From NCBI GenBank assembly GCA_963677895.2, contig CAXXGJ010000025.1, positions 192,001 to 256,000 of the forward strand: a DNA stretch of 64,000 bases, given 5' to 3'. The number at the start of each line of letters is the position of its first letter. Position 1 is the first letter of the stretch. The position numbers and the translations under genes were made by a program. Below, piece by piece: positions 49,503 to 60,186 of the stretch. The notes beneath the pieces were generated by a model, which made no database searches, was not told the origin of the DNA, and saw only the letters and a list, made by a program, of their open reading frames with translations. This DNA comes from Treponemataceae bacterium. Lineage in GTDB: Bacteria; Spirochaetota; Spirochaetia; Treponematales; Rectinemataceae.

Positions 49503-50585
49503 TCACCTCCCTTCTGCCGGAGGTTTGATTTTACTGGAATCGGCATCTTTGTCAAGAGGAGGGCGCGAAAGGAGGGAACGAGAAAGCCAGTAATATGGGT
49601 TCACGGAGACGTTGCCGACGCGAATTTCCCAATGCAGATGGGGTCCCGTGGATAGTCCCGTGGAGCCGACGCGTCCAATCGGTTCGCCCCCGCCCACCAT
49701 ATCGCCCTCGGCCACCTCGATGGCGGAAAGGTGCATATAGAGGGAGAAGAGGCCCGGCAGATGCTCGAGGACGAGAGTGTTGCCGGTCACGATGCGAAGT
49801 CCGGCGAAGACGACTCTGCCCGGAGCGCAGGCGAGCACTTCGCTTCCCGTCTTGGCGCCCAGATCGATGCCGCCATGGATCGTCGAATCGCCGCCGCCGC
49901 CATCGTAGATATAGCGGCGCTCGTCGCCGAATCCGGCCGTCTCGCGCCAGGCGACGGAAAGGGGTTTCACCATGGGATCCATGGCAAAAAGCGCGGTCGG
50001 GTCCCTGGTGTCGAATATATCCGCGAAGACCTTCGATTCGGCCGCCTTGGCGGGATCGGGTTTCGCGCGAATCGCCGTATTCGCCTTGTCCAGCGCTATG
50101 TCTTCCTTCATGAACTGTTTCGCCTCGATGACGAAATCGGCGCTGACTTCCGCTTTATCCCGCGGATCGGATCCCGCGCCGCTTCCATCGAAAACGGCGG
50201 ATACGTGGAGACTTCCGGGACCGGGGGCGGCTTTCGTCGGTATGGCCAGAAGAAAGCCGTAAAGATAGCCCTCGCCTTCCGATGGCATGAAAAAGGACTC
50301 GGCCGAGGAAAGGTTCTTTCCGTCTGAGCTTTTTAGAAACGCGGAGGCTGAAATGACGGGGCGATCGCTCGCCATCCAGCAGAGGAAAGGATCGCCGGGC
50401 GCGACATTGCCGGGCATATGGATTGTCTGGGCCGCCGCGGGCAGGATTGAGATAAAAACGGCAAGAAAAAGGATGAGGGAGAGACGGAAGAAGGCTGTCG
50501 CGCGGCAGGCCGAAGATTTTTTTTCGCGGGCTCCATAAGGTCCCAGATACCCTTTCACATCGATACTATATACTTTATACTGCAA
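49503..50585 (-). CDS. M23-family peptidoglycan metallopeptidase (start uncertain)
   Basis: [34 protein letters not shown]. Confidence 0.92.
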   Translation of the reverse strand: MQYKVYSIDVKGYLGPYGAREKKSSACRATAFFRLSLILFLAVFISILPAAAQTIHMPGNVAPGDPFLCWMASDRPVISASAFLKSSDGKNLSSAESFFMPSEGEGYLYGFLLAIPTKAAPGPGSLHVSAVFDGSGAGSDPRDKAEVSADFVIEAKQFMKEDIALDKANTAIRAKPDPAKAAESKVFADIFDTRDPTALFAMDPMVKPLSVAWRETAGFGDERRYIYDGGGGDSTIHGGIDLGAKTGSEVLACAPGRVVFAGLRIVTGNTLVLEHLPGLFSLYMHLSAIEVAEGDMVGGGEPIGRVGSTGLSTGPHLHWEIRVGNVSVNPYYWLSRSLLSRPPLDKDADSSKIKPPAEGR

Positions 50586-50615
50586 TCAATTGTAATCACC
50601 ATTCAGGAGATTCTG

Positions 50616-52004
50616 ATGCTTTTTTCGATCGGCAATCTTATCACCCTCGTCATCGTGCTGGTTTTTTTCGTCATATATCACAGGCTGACCGCCAATAACA
50701 GATCTCTCGAAAAGGTAAAGCGACTCTCCGAGAAACTCCAGAACGATCTCGGCGACTATGTCGAAACGAGGGCTGAAGAACTGAAGCACTATGGCATCGA
50801 TCTCGACGTTCAGCAGAAAGCCGCCAAGATAGCCCTTGAAAAGCTGCAGGCCGCCCAGTCCGCGGTGACCGAAAAGGCCGAAGCCATGGGCGCGATCGCC
50901 GACCGCTTCAAGGAATATGACGAGGTCCTCGCGAAACTCATGGAGATGACCGCCCGCGTGGATGAGAACCTCTCGCGCATCCATGAGGACGAGACCTTTG
51001 CCGAAGGCGTCAACAGGAAGCTCGACCTGGCCAAGAAAAGCTTGACGGCCATAGAACGCGAACTGCCTCTTTTAAGGGAAAGTTTCGCCCAGGATGCCCA
51101 ACGCACCATCGAGACGTTCAGGGATTCCATACTCAATGAACTTCAGGACGGGCTCGCCAATACGGCCGCCGAACTCAACGCGACGCGCGATGAGGCGATG
51201 GCCGCCTTCTCCCAGGCTCAGACCGCCCGGGCTCTCGTGGACGAAGAGCTGGAAAAGGCTCTTGTCACCGCGAAGGATAGAGCCTCCTCGGTCGAAGATA
51301 AGGCTTTTGCGACACTCAGCAATTCTTTCGATCAAAGATTGAAGGACCTGAGCCAGTCCACCGATGCCCAACTATCCCAGCTGGGGAAAGACACAGCCCA
51401 GCACGTCGGCGAACTGCGGTCGGCCATCGGCGAATTCAAGGAGAACTGGCGGAACGAGGCTCAGGCCATGCTCTCGGACATGACAGCCAAGCTCGGCGAG
51501 GCCGAGAATATTTTCGCGAAAAAGGCTACCGAGATCGCCGAGCTCCTAGATAGGTCTTCGGAACAGGCTAAAAAAGCCGAATCGGACTTCATCCTCGTCG
51601 CGGCAAAGAATAAAAAGGATGTCGACGCGACGCTGAATGAAATCAAGGGCCTCCAAGATTCCCTGAGAGCCTCGATGGAGACGACGAAGACAAGGATAGA
51701 GGAAGAATTCGCGGGATTCGGACAGGCATTCGAAGATCATCGGACTCGTTTCGAGGAGAACTTCGCCGCCGAAACCTCGGCGCTGGGTGGCTCTCTCGTT
51801 AAGCTTGGGAAGGATATAGAAACGCTGAAGGCTTCGGCCTACGACAACACGGAACGGAAACTCGAAGGCTTCGAGGACGAACTCCTCTCCGAACTCTCAA
51901 ACAGGAAAAGCCAGACATTCAAGCAGCTGGACGCCTGGCTCAACGAAATGGAAAAGACCATATCGGGTATCGCCGAGGAAGCGGGAACCAGAAAGAAAGC
52001 CTAG
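50616..52004 (+). CDS. Spirochaete-type membrane-anchored coiled-coil protein (SpiroCoCo-like)
   Basis: N-terminal [18 protein letters not shown] then [10 protein letters not shown] and heptad-rich helices; SD CAGGAG. Confidence 0.75.
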   Translation: MLFSIGNLITLVIVLVFFVIYHRLTANNRSLEKVKRLSEKLQNDLGDYVETRAEELKHYGIDLDVQQKAAKIALEKLQAAQSAVTEKAEAMGAIADRFKEYDEVLAKLMEMTARVDENLSRIHEDETFAEGVNRKLDLAKKSLTAIERELPLLRESFAQDAQRTIETFRDSILNELQDGLANTAAELNATRDEAMAAFSQAQTARALVDEELEKALVTAKDRASSVEDKAFATLSNSFDQRLKDLSQSTDAQLSQLGKDTAQHVGELRSAIGEFKENWRNEAQAMLSDMTAKLGEAENIFAKKATEIAELLDRSSEQAKKAESDFILVAAKNKKDVDATLNEIKGLQDSLRASMETTKTRIEEEFAGFGQAFEDHRTRFEENFAAETSALGGSLVKLGKDIETLKASAYDNTERKLEGFEDELLSELSNRKSQTFKQLDAWLNEMEKTISGIAEEAGTRKKA

Positions 52005-52705
52005 CGGACGATGCCCTTCAGCGCGGTTTCAACCATCGCGCTGAAAGAAGTCTGCCTTTCCTCCGAACTCGTCATCTCTCCGGTCAACAGATGATCGGAT
52101 ACCGTCAAAATCGCCAGAGCCTGGACGTCATACTTGGCCGCGAGCGTGTAAAGCTCCGCGGTTTCCATCTCCACGCCGACGACGCCGAATTTAGCCCATA
52201 GCTTCCACTGTTCCGGATTTTCCGAATAGAAGGAATCGGAGGAGAGGACGGAGCCCACGAAGGGAGAATAACCCGATTCGCGCGCGGCCTCGTAGGCGTT
52301 CATGAGGAGCGGGAAGGATGCGGTCGGGGCATAATCCATGCCGTTGAAGCGTACCTTGTTGACGGCGGAATCGGTCGAGGCGCTCATGGCGAGGATGGTG
52401 TCGCGGATTTTGATCTCTTTGCGCATCGCGCCGCAAGTGCCTACGCGGATGAGCTTCTTTACGCCATAATCCCTGATGAGTTCGTTGACATAAATGGAAA
52501 GGCTGGGCATGCCCATACCGGTACCCATCACGGATACCCGTACCCCCTGAAATGTCCCCGTAAATCCGAACATATTGCGTACTTCATTGAAGCGTTCGGC
52601 TCCTTCAAGAAAATTCTCCGCGATGAATTTCGCTCTCAGAGGGTCTCCCGGGAGAAGTATGCGATCGGCGATCTGCCCTGGTTTCGCGGCGATATGAATG
52701 CTCAT
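52001..52705 (-). CDS. deoD: Purine nucleoside phosphorylase (DeoD type)
   Basis: [50 protein letters not shown]. Confidence 0.96.
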   Translation of the reverse strand: MSIHIAAKPGQIADRILLPGDPLRAKFIAENFLEGAERFNEVRNMFGFTGTFQGVRVSVMGTGMGMPSLSIYVNELIRDYGVKKLIRVGTCGAMRKEIKIRDTILAMSASTDSAVNKVRFNGMDYAPTASFPLLMNAYEAARESGYSPFVGSVLSSDSFYSENPEQWKLWAKFGVVGVEMETAELYTLAAKYDVQALAILTVSDHLLTGEMTSSEERQTSFSAMVETALKGIVR

Positions 52706-52784
52706 GCTATCCTTCCTTATACGTCAACTTTATGGTAGGATAGTAACTATAATATAGAAGAATGTGCAAGTGCGTGAAGGAATA

Positions 52785-53591
52785 ATGAAAACGCAGACCA
52801 AGGAGAAAGAGTTGAATCCATACGAAATTCTGTTCGAGGACGACGATATTCTCGTCGCGAATAAATTTGCCCCGCTGCCAGTCCTCCAGGACAAATCCGG
52901 CGACGAGGATCTTCAATCCCTCATCAAGAAAGACCATCCCGAAGGCAATACCTTCCTGGAAGCCGCCCACAGAATCGATAGAAGGACCTCGGGAATTGTC
53001 GTCTTCGCCAAAAACACGGCGGCCTTGAGAAAACTCGAAGAAGCCTTCAGGGACAGGGAAGTCCACAAAACCTATGTAGCCTGCCTCGAAAAGGAACCGC
53101 TTCCCCCCGAGGGTCAGCTGAAACACATGATCGTCACCGATCCGAAACGCAATCTATCCATAGCCCGACCAATCGAGTCGACTTCGAGCGCCAAAGCAGG
53201 TCTCGCCAGGAAGGCAGATCTCGCCACAAAGGATGGCCCCGCCATAAAAGGGCAGAGCGCCGTCTATGCCGAACTCTCCTATAAACTTCTCATGAAAACT
53301 GAACGCTACTTCTTCGTGGAAGCCAAGCCCATCACGGGCAGGCACCATCAGATTCGCGCCCAATTCGCGGCCATGGGCTGGCCGATCAAGGGCGACCTCA
53401 AATACGGCGCGAGAAGAAGCTCCCAATCGGGCAGAATCATGCTCCATGGCTGGCGCATAGAGTTCGAACATCCGCGCACCCGCGAAGCCCTCTCCTATAC
53501 GGCGGCCTTTCCGACCGACGAGACATTGTGGAATGTCTTCGCCGATTTTATCGCATCCCCAGAAAAGACCGCCGAGACTTCTATCGACTGA
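52785..53591 (+). CDS. RluA-family pseudouridine synthase
   Basis: VANK, HRIDRRTSG, TGRHHQIRAQ, IKGDLKYG, MLHG..FEHP. Confidence 0.93.
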   Translation: MKTQTKEKELNPYEILFEDDDILVANKFAPLPVLQDKSGDEDLQSLIKKDHPEGNTFLEAAHRIDRRTSGIVVFAKNTAALRKLEEAFRDREVHKTYVACLEKEPLPPEGQLKHMIVTDPKRNLSIARPIESTSSAKAGLARKADLATKDGPAIKGQSAVYAELSYKLLMKTERYFFVEAKPITGRHHQIRAQFAAMGWPIKGDLKYGARRSSQSGRIMLHGWRIEFEHPRTREALSYTAAFPTDETLWNVFADFIASPEKTAETSID

Positions 53592-54540
53592 AATCCTTCG
53601 ATTCGGACAGCGCATAGGCGAGGACAGGCTTGATATTCCGGGATTCCCCAAGCACCAGGCCGATGAGGACGAGATTCTGCAATCCCTTATCGCTCGCCAA
53701 AGTATCTTTCAGTCCGGAAATGTAGACCTCGTTGATCGGGACAATGCCATCGGTCCTGAACCTATAATCGTTCTTGCCGTCGACCCAGAGTTCTATCGTC
53801 GTCGCTTCGGCCCCTGTCGTATCCTGGGTTTCCCGTTCGGTGTAGACGATTCTCCCCTTCTTCGGAACAGCATAGAGCCCTTCGGCTTCCACGAAATCGC
53901 CTTGAGATACGATGCATTTCATGTCTTCCTTTTTTCCGGTCAGTCTGTATTCTTCCTTATGGTTTCCGGAAGAGGAAGCGAAAATCAGTCTCCCGTCGGA
54001 TTGGAGGGACACGGTTCCCTCGCCCCTTCCCTTCAATTCCATCCGATCAGGAGAGAGGACGACGGTCGAAAGCTCCGTGGATTCCTTCCCCGCCGACTCG
54101 AATATCTGTATCTCATTGCCAGCATAGCTGAATGAGTAGCGAGCCACGGAGGTCTCCCCATCCACGCGCCGCTCATTCAATGTCACTCCATCGATCCACC
54201 CGCCGGGAAGAAAGGTGAATCGATAGATGAAGGTATCAGCTCCGTAGGATTCGACATACCCGAAGCGCGTCTCTCGATAGACGATGAGGAGCCCCTCGGA
54301 TCCCTTTTCTATAGCGGGAATCGTCAACGCGGCCTCGACCTTGGGGGCATCGGAATCGGAAACGGGGGAAAGGGTAGTCGCGGATGCCGCGAGTCCCGCC
54401 TTGCCGCCCCCCTTCGAGACGGACGCGTTTCCCCCTTTACAGGAAACAAGAAGCGCAAGCCCGGCAACCAGAAGAAACACCCCAATTCCACGTTTTCCAA
54501 CTTTATTGGAAATTAGCGTTCCGCTATTTTCAAAAAACAT
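53581..54540 (-). CDS. Hypothetical beta-rich lipoprotein
   Basis: Lipobox LLVSC; SD CAGGAG; no recognised domain. Confidence 0.65.
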   Translation of the reverse strand: MFFENSGTLISNKVGKRGIGVFLLVAGLALLVSCKGGNASVSKGGGKAGLAASATTLSPVSDSDAPKVEAALTIPAIEKGSEGLLIVYRETRFGYVESYGADTFIYRFTFLPGGWIDGVTLNERRVDGETSVARYSFSYAGNEIQIFESAGKESTELSTVVLSPDRMELKGRGEGTVSLQSDGRLIFASSSGNHKEEYRLTGKKEDMKCIVSQGDFVEAEGLYAVPKKGRIVYTERETQDTTGAEATTIELWVDGKNDYRFRTDGIVPINEVYISGLKDTLASDKGLQNLVLIGLVLGESRNIKPVLAYALSESKDFSR

Positions 54541-54555
54541 CTTGAATCTCCTGTT

Positions 54556-54587
54556 GGTCGTCGGGAAAGCAAGCTTTCCCGACGACC
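54556..54587. terminator. Perfect intergenic hairpin
   Basis: GGTCGTCGGGAAAGC-aa-GCTTTCCCGACGACC (15-bp arms). Confidence 0.6.
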
Positions 54588-54612
54588 GCCTTCCAAATCC
54601 TAAACGCTTTTA

Positions 54613-55386
54613 CTAGTCCTGCCCTCGTCTGCCCTGTCTTCCCCGAACGCGGATTGTCTGGACAGCCTGCTTGTTTTCCGCCTTATCTTTCTTCAGTGTT
54701 CCCGCGAGTCTCACGACATCATCCTGGCGCGCGACTAGGCATCCATAGGACTTCGAGTACTCGAACGGCGTCGTGTTCGCGTGAATGGCATAGCCCGTAT
54801 CCTCCTGGAGTCCCAGATATGCTATGCCATTCTCGGTCGAGCCGGTACCGTATACGTCGACCTTCCCCACCGCGCCGGTATTGATCATGTACGGGCCATA
54901 CTTGCCTTCCTTCTCCTTGACCTCGGTGACGAGCCAGTTCCCCTCGGGGAAGGGGCTGGCGCTCGACTTCAGTTCGCCGGCCGCTTTCAGGCGCTGCCGA
55001 GATTTGGCCGTGCCCATGAAGGTGGCTTCGCAAGTCTCCTTGACGCGGTTGTGAACCTCGATTTCGTACACTTCCTTGGGAGGGATCCTCCCCAGCCTCG
55101 CCTCATATTCATTGTCGATGACGTTAACGGTGAGCCTGGTCCTCTCGGCGTTGAGGACCATCCTGACATCACCGCCATAAATGAAGTCGCATTCTTCCAT
55201 GTCGAGAAGAATGAATGCCGGCAAACCGGCCGGAACCGCATCCGGCAAGGCCCAGGCGGAGGCTCCGCCCCGATCCTCGACGGATACGGATCGCGCGGAT
55301 GCGTTTCCCACCCCGATGGCGAGTATAAACCCGCCAAGCAGGGGGATGATGATGCGTTTCAAACGCGTGTGGTTATGTATGTGCAT
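54613..55386 (-). CDS. Secreted protein with L,D-transpeptidase (YkuD)-like catalytic motif
   Basis: Signal peptide; FPEGNW, YAIHANTTPFEYSKSYGCLV (H..SxGC); SD GAGGAGG. Confidence 0.65.
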   Translation of the reverse strand: MHIHNHTRLKRIIIPLLGGFILAIGVGNASARSVSVEDRGGASAWALPDAVPAGLPAFILLDMEECDFIYGGDVRMVLNAERTRLTVNVIDNEYEARLGRIPPKEVYEIEVHNRVKETCEATFMGTAKSRQRLKAAGELKSSASPFPEGNWLVTEVKEKEGKYGPYMINTGAVGKVDVYGTGSTENGIAYLGLQEDTGYAIHANTTPFEYSKSYGCLVARQDDVVRLAGTLKKDKAENKQAVQTIRVRGRQGRRGQD

Positions 55387-55512
55387 AGTCTACCTCCTCA
55401 TTCATGTCACGCGCGCGGAGGGAGGCAATAATTCAAAATACGAGAATTTTTTCCGATTATTCCGGCGATGGATGGGGAAAATGCTATTTCACGAAGGCCA
55501 GGCCACGCCCGA

Positions 55513-56286
55513 TCAAAAAACCGGCTTTACGCCCTGGCTCATGGCCGGCACCTTGAAGTTGACCATCGACCACTGGATGAAGGCGGGGTCGCCTTCGCCC
55601 GTGGGTTCCATATCCAGCTGCGAGATGCCGCAGTTGGACGTCGGCATGAGGGGCAGCCAGCTTTTCGCGCCAAAGGTGGATCGGATGAGCCACTGAATGA
55701 CGCCGCCGTGCGACACGCATACGATGGTTTTCGCTCCCCGCTCCGCCAATTCCCTCATCCTCACCCAGGAGGCTACAGCCCTGGAATACATGCTTCGCGA
55801 ATGTTCGGCGTCGGGCACCGCGTCCCAGCTGCTGTACTGGAATTTTCTATATACTTCGGGATGCTCCAGGCGCGCGGCTTCAATATTCACGCCGGTGAAG
55901 AGGCCCACATCCACCTCGACAAGAGAGGGGAGAAAAATCGGTTCGCCTAATCCGCAGGCTTGCGCGATGATGGAGGCGGTGGTCGACGCGCGTTTCTGAG
56001 GACTTGAGACGATGGCGTCGACCGGCTTTTCGGCCAGCCATGCGGCCGCCGTCCCGGCCTGCTCCAGGCCCTTCGAGTCCAGAGGGTAGTCGAGCCGGCC
56101 CTGGAACGTGAAGCTCGCGTTTCCCTCGGTCTGGCCATGCCGAATTATATAGAAGGTGGTAGCGTGCCGAAGGGAGGCGAAGAAATTCCCGTCCACGATG
56201 ACATCGGAAAAGGCGGCGGGATCGCTCCCGCCGCCTTCCCATGAAGCACTGTCGTCCCAGCCGGACAACTCGATCCGCGGATACAT
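55513..56286 (-). CDS. Histidine phosphatase (PGM/CobC-like)
   Basis: IRHGQT, SSPQKRA, LVEVDVG, VSHGG; ATG overlaps the permease stop (TAATG). Confidence 0.92.
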   Translation of the reverse strand: MYPRIELSGWDDSASWEGGGSDPAAFSDVIVDGNFFASLRHATTFYIIRHGQTEGNASFTFQGRLDYPLDSKGLEQAGTAAAWLAEKPVDAIVSSPQKRASTTASIIAQACGLGEPIFLPSLVEVDVGLFTGVNIEAARLEHPEVYRKFQYSSWDAVPDAEHSRSMYSRAVASWVRMRELAERGAKTIVCVSHGGVIQWLIRSTFGAKSWLPLMPTSNCGISQLDMEPTGEGDPAFIQWSMVNFKVPAMSQGVKPVF

Positions 56287-57947
56287 TATGAAGCTATGAA
56301 GGTATCGCTGCCGCGGTTGAAATACTTGTTGACGATGAACATCGACACGCCCGTCACCACGAGAAGAATCGTCGACATGGCGCTCGCCGTGCCGAAATAA
56401 CCATCCGCGACGGAGAGGTAGATCTTGATCGGCATCGTCATCGTCTTGCCCACATAGAGGAGGAGCGAGGCGGAAAGTTCGTTCATCGAGGTAACCCAAC
56501 TCATGATGGCGCCAGAAATTATGCCCGACTTCATCAGCGGGAGTGTAATCGTCCTGAAGGTGCGGCCCGGGGAGGAGCCCAGGTTGATGCCGGCTTCCTC
56601 CAGGGCAGGGTCTATCTGCTTCAGTATCGAAGCGGCTGATCGCACCGAATAGGGAAGACGCCTTATGAAATAGGTCAGGATGATGATCGTCGCCGTTCCC
56701 GCCAGGTAAATCGGCTTTCTGTTGAAAGCAACGATGAAGCCGATGCCGAGCACCGTGCCCGGCACGATGTAGGGAATCATGAGGAGAGGATCGAGAACCT
56801 TGACCGCCAGATTGCGCTTGCGCGCGATGACGAAGCCGATGAGGGTTCCCACGACGGCGATGAGCACGACGGCGATGAGCGAATAGACGAAGCTGTTGAT
56901 GACGGTCTTGGCGACGTCGTAGAAAATCTGCCTGTAACTGTCGAAACCGAATCCCGGCTTGAAGACGGGACCGCTCGTGTTCCTGAAGGAGTAGAACACG
57001 ATGACGCCAAGAGGCAGCATCGACAAGCCCACGATGAAATAGCAGAGGGCGTGGGCCAGAAAGGACTTCGCGCCCTTGAGCTTCTTCACGATTGGTCGGT
57101 TGACGAGCATGGATGCGTATTTTCGCCGCGAGGAAGCCCATGTCTGGAGCACTATGACGACCGCGGCGCACATCATCAGGACAATGGCGACGGTTGAGGC
57201 CATGCCCGGACTTTCGCTTACCTCGCTTGTGAACCTTTCGTAGGCCACGGTGGCGAGGACGCGGTAATTGCCGCCGATTATCGCCGGCGTACCGAAGTTC
57301 GAAAGGGACATCATGAAGACGATGAGGGCTCCTCCCGTGAGCGAAGGCAGAACGAGCGGAAGCGTCACCGAAAAGAACGTCTTCAGCGATCGGGCCCCGA
57401 GGTTCTCCGAGGCTTCCTCGAGGGACCTGTCTATGGTCATGAGGGAACCGGCGAGCATCAGGGAGATGAAGGGATAATACTGCAGGGTATCGGCGAGGAT
57501 GATGCCGCCCGCCCCGTAGATCGGCGGGAGCTTGATGCCGATGGATACGAGCAGATTCCGTAGGAAGCCGTTGTTGCCCAGCATCGTGATCCACGAATAG
57601 GCGCCGATAAAGGTGGGAGAGAGGAGCGCGAGTACGGACAAGGTCGTCAGAAGGGTCGTGCCGCGTATTTTATACCGGGTGGTGAAGAATCCGAGAGGGA
57701 TGCCCAGCAAGGCCGCGAAAAAGGTAGTGGCCAGCGCGACGAACATCGAATGGCCGAAAGCCTTGATGTAGTAAGCCCTGGAGAAGAACTCCTTCCAGTT
57801 GGAGAGGGAAGCCTTCCCTGTTTCCTTGTCGAGGAAACTATATTTGAATACATCGAAGAGCGGATAGATGAGGAAAACAATCACGATCGCGAAACCTGCG
57901 AAGGTAACGAAAGCCCAAATATCGGCCCTTTTCTTGCCTAACGTCAT
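56286..57947 (-). CDS. FbpB/AfuB-type ABC permease with two EAA loops
   Basis: IDRSLEEASENLGA and IDPALEEAGINLGS. Confidence 0.93.
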   Translation of the reverse strand: MTLGKKRADIWAFVTFAGFAIVIVFLIYPLFDVFKYSFLDKETGKASLSNWKEFFSRAYYIKAFGHSMFVALATTFFAALLGIPLGFFTTRYKIRGTTLLTTLSVLALLSPTFIGAYSWITMLGNNGFLRNLLVSIGIKLPPIYGAGGIILADTLQYYPFISLMLAGSLMTIDRSLEEASENLGARSLKTFFSVTLPLVLPSLTGGALIVFMMSLSNFGTPAIIGGNYRVLATVAYERFTSEVSESPGMASTVAIVLMMCAAVVIVLQTWASSRRKYASMLVNRPIVKKLKGAKSFLAHALCYFIVGLSMLPLGVIVFYSFRNTSGPVFKPGFGFDSYRQIFYDVAKTVINSFVYSLIAVVLIAVVGTLIGFVIARKRNLAVKVLDPLLMIPYIVPGTVLGIGFIVAFNRKPIYLAGTATIIILTYFIRRLPYSVRSAASILKQIDPALEEAGINLGSSPGRTFRTITLPLMKSGIISGAIMSWVTSMNELSASLLLYVGKTMTMPIKIYLSVADGYFGTASAMSTILLVVTGVSMFIVNKYFNRGSDTFIAS

Positions 57948-59047
57948 TGCTTGCTCCCGCCGCCCAGGCGACGGCCCGACTTCTTCTCGAAGAGCAGGCA
58001 GGCATCGGGCGGAACAGCGAACTCGACCATTTCGCCTACGTTGGGGATATCTGCCTTCTTGGGCCTATGGCGCTCGATCACGATATTCTGACCCTGCAGG
58101 TTGATTTCCATGCTGGCGACGGTGCCGAGGAAGGAAGCGGCCGCGAGCGGTCCCTCGAGACGGTTGGCGCGGGCTTCGTCGCTCGTCGTCTCGACGACAT
58201 CTTCAGGACGGAAAGCGAGGACAGCCTCGGTACAGCCTTCGGTGCCGGCCGCCGGCACGGTGAAGGTCACGGCGCCTGCTACGGCTTTTCTCATGCCGTT
58301 CGGCAGGGCTTCGCCAAGCGTAACATCCATCGCGTTGATCTTGCCCACGAAAGTGGCCACGAAGAGATTCACCGGGTCCTTGTAGATATCCCAGGGCGCG
58401 CCCACCTGCTGGATCTTGCCGAAGTTGACGACGGCGATGCGGTCGGAAATGACGAGGGCTTCCTCCTGATCGTGTGTGACATAGACAGCCGTTATTCCGA
58501 GCGCTTTCTGGACCGAGCGGATCTCGTCCCTCATCTCGACGCGCAGCTTGGCGTCCAGGTTGGAAAGCGGCTCGTCGAAGAGGAGGACCCTCGGCTCGAT
58601 GGCCATGGCTCGGGCGAGGCCCACACGCTGCTGCTGGCCGCCCGAAAGCTTGTCCGGAGTCCTGGACTCGTAGCCCTCGAGGTGGACATTCTTGAGCGCA
58701 TTCGTCACCTTTACCTCGATCTCCTTGGCGGGGATTTTCCTCACCTTGAGACCATAGGCGACATTCTCGAACACCGTCATGTGGGGAAATACCGCGTAGT
58801 TCTGGAACACCATGCCCGTGTTGCGTTTATACGCAGGTACGTCGTTGATGAGCTCGTCGCCGAGCCAGATATCGCCTTTGTCCTGGCGGTAAAAACCGGC
58901 TATCGTCCGCAGAAGGGTTGTCTTGCCGCAACCCGACGGCCCGAGAAGGGTGAAGAATTCCCCCTTCCGGATGTCGAGATTGATATCCGAAAGAGCGACC
59001 AGGTCGCCGAATCGTTTTTCCACGCCGGAAATTTTTATAGAAGTCAT
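57944..59047 (-). CDS. FbpC/PotA-type ABC ATPase
   Basis: GPSGCGKTT, LSGGQQQR, FDEPLSNLD, VTHDQEEA, TOBE-like C-terminus. Confidence 0.95.
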   Translation of the reverse strand: MTSIKISGVEKRFGDLVALSDINLDIRKGEFFTLLGPSGCGKTTLLRTIAGFYRQDKGDIWLGDELINDVPAYKRNTGMVFQNYAVFPHMTVFENVAYGLKVRKIPAKEIEVKVTNALKNVHLEGYESRTPDKLSGGQQQRVGLARAMAIEPRVLLFDEPLSNLDAKLRVEMRDEIRSVQKALGITAVYVTHDQEEALVISDRIAVVNFGKIQQVGAPWDIYKDPVNLFVATFVGKINAMDVTLGEALPNGMRKAVAGAVTFTVPAAGTEGCTEAVLAFRPEDVVETTSDEARANRLEGPLAAASFLGTVASMEINLQGQNIVIERHRPKKADIPNVGEMVEFAVPPDACLLFEKKSGRRLGGGSKQ

Positions 59048-59092
59048 TAAAAACCCCATGATTGAGAATTGGGAGATATGCTCTATTATGAG

Positions 59093-59128
59093 AAAAGCCC
59101 GGGGTCTGTGCAAGACTCCCGGGCTTTT
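59093..59128 (-). terminator. Hairpin terminator/attenuator after the substrate-binding gene
   Basis: AAAAGCCCGGGGTCT-gtgca-AGACTCCCGGGCTTTT. Confidence 0.75.
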
Positions 59129-59145
59129 ACCTTCAAAAAGAGATA

Positions 59146-60123
59146 TTACAGGCCGAGGTCCATCGCCAGCTCGCCGAATTTCTTGTTGTATTCGGCTTTA
59201 TTCTTGGAAGCCCAGGCAAAGTCGTAGGAAAGGGCCTTTATTTCGGTCATCGCGGGAAGTCCCTTGGGGCTCGCGACGTCGATGCGCACAGGTCTGCGCG
59301 CCATTTCCTTCACCAGGATTTCCTGCACCGGTTTGGATAGACACCAGTCGATGAAGATCTTGGCGTTCGCCAGGTTCGGGGCGCCCTTGAGAATGGCCAT
59401 CCCGTCGGCTGGCGCTACCGTTCCGTCTTCCGGATACACGATCGCCACCGGACCGCCGCCCTGCACGAAGCGGAACGCGTTGTCCTCAAGCGTGATTCCC
59501 ACCGCCTGCTCGCCGTCGTTGACAAACTTGGGCACGGCGCCGGAGGACGTGGAGATCACCATGTTCTTCATAATCCCGCCGTAGACTTCCCAGCCCTTTT
59601 TGTCGCCATAGATCAGCATCACGTTAGCCAGCTGCATGTAGGAGGAGCCTGACTTGTCGGCGCGCGCCGAGGAGATGGATTTCTTGAAACGGGCATCGGT
59701 CAGATCGGTCCACTTGTGGGGGTACTGTTCCGGCTTCAGCATCTTGGTATTGACGATGAACACGTTCATGATGCCGGTGTAGGCAAGCCAGTTGGTGCCG
59801 ACCTTGTACGCGGGAGCGATCTTGTCCCAATCCTTGGGCTTGTACGCTTGCAGGATCTGATTGTCGCCTTCCAGCTGCTCGCCGCCGATGGACCAGATCA
59901 CATCGGCCTGGGGGTTGGCCGCTTCGGCCTTCGCCCTCTTCATGACGTCGCCCGAGGCGAGCTTGACGTAATTCACCTTGATCCCGGTTTCCTTCTCGAA
60001 CATCGGTACCAGGGCGTTGATGATGGATTCCTCATGGGCAGTGTAGACCACTACCTCGTTGGAAGCCGCGAAGGCGGAAAAAGCTAGAAGGGCGCAGAGC
60101 GCCACGAGAACGAATCTCTTCAT
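59146..60123 (-). CDS. AfuA/FbpA-type ABC substrate-binding protein
   Basis: Signal peptide; FEKETGIKV, AEAANPQADV, KSGSSY, VYPEDGT, AKIFIDW. Confidence 0.9.
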   Translation of the reverse strand: MKRFVLVALCALLAFSAFAASNEVVVYTAHEESIINALVPMFEKETGIKVNYVKLASGDVMKRAKAEAANPQADVIWSIGGEQLEGDNQILQAYKPKDWDKIAPAYKVGTNWLAYTGIMNVFIVNTKMLKPEQYPHKWTDLTDARFKKSISSARADKSGSSYMQLANVMLIYGDKKGWEVYGGIMKNMVISTSSGAVPKFVNDGEQAVGITLEDNAFRFVQGGGPVAIVYPEDGTVAPADGMAILKGAPNLANAKIFIDWCLSKPVQEILVKEMARRPVRIDVASPKGLPAMTEIKALSYDFAWASKNKAEYNKKFGELAMDLGL

Positions 60124-60186
60124 AGAAACCTCCATAACATTGGATCATATGGCGCCGATGACGGCGCCGCTAAAAACCTTGCTCTT

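Noticed and set aside
56287..57594. 435-codon upstream extension of the histidine phosphatase ORF (693-aa call)
   Set aside because: It is an alternate frame over the permease with Arg/His-rich non-protein-like composition; the plausible start is the coupled ATG at 56286
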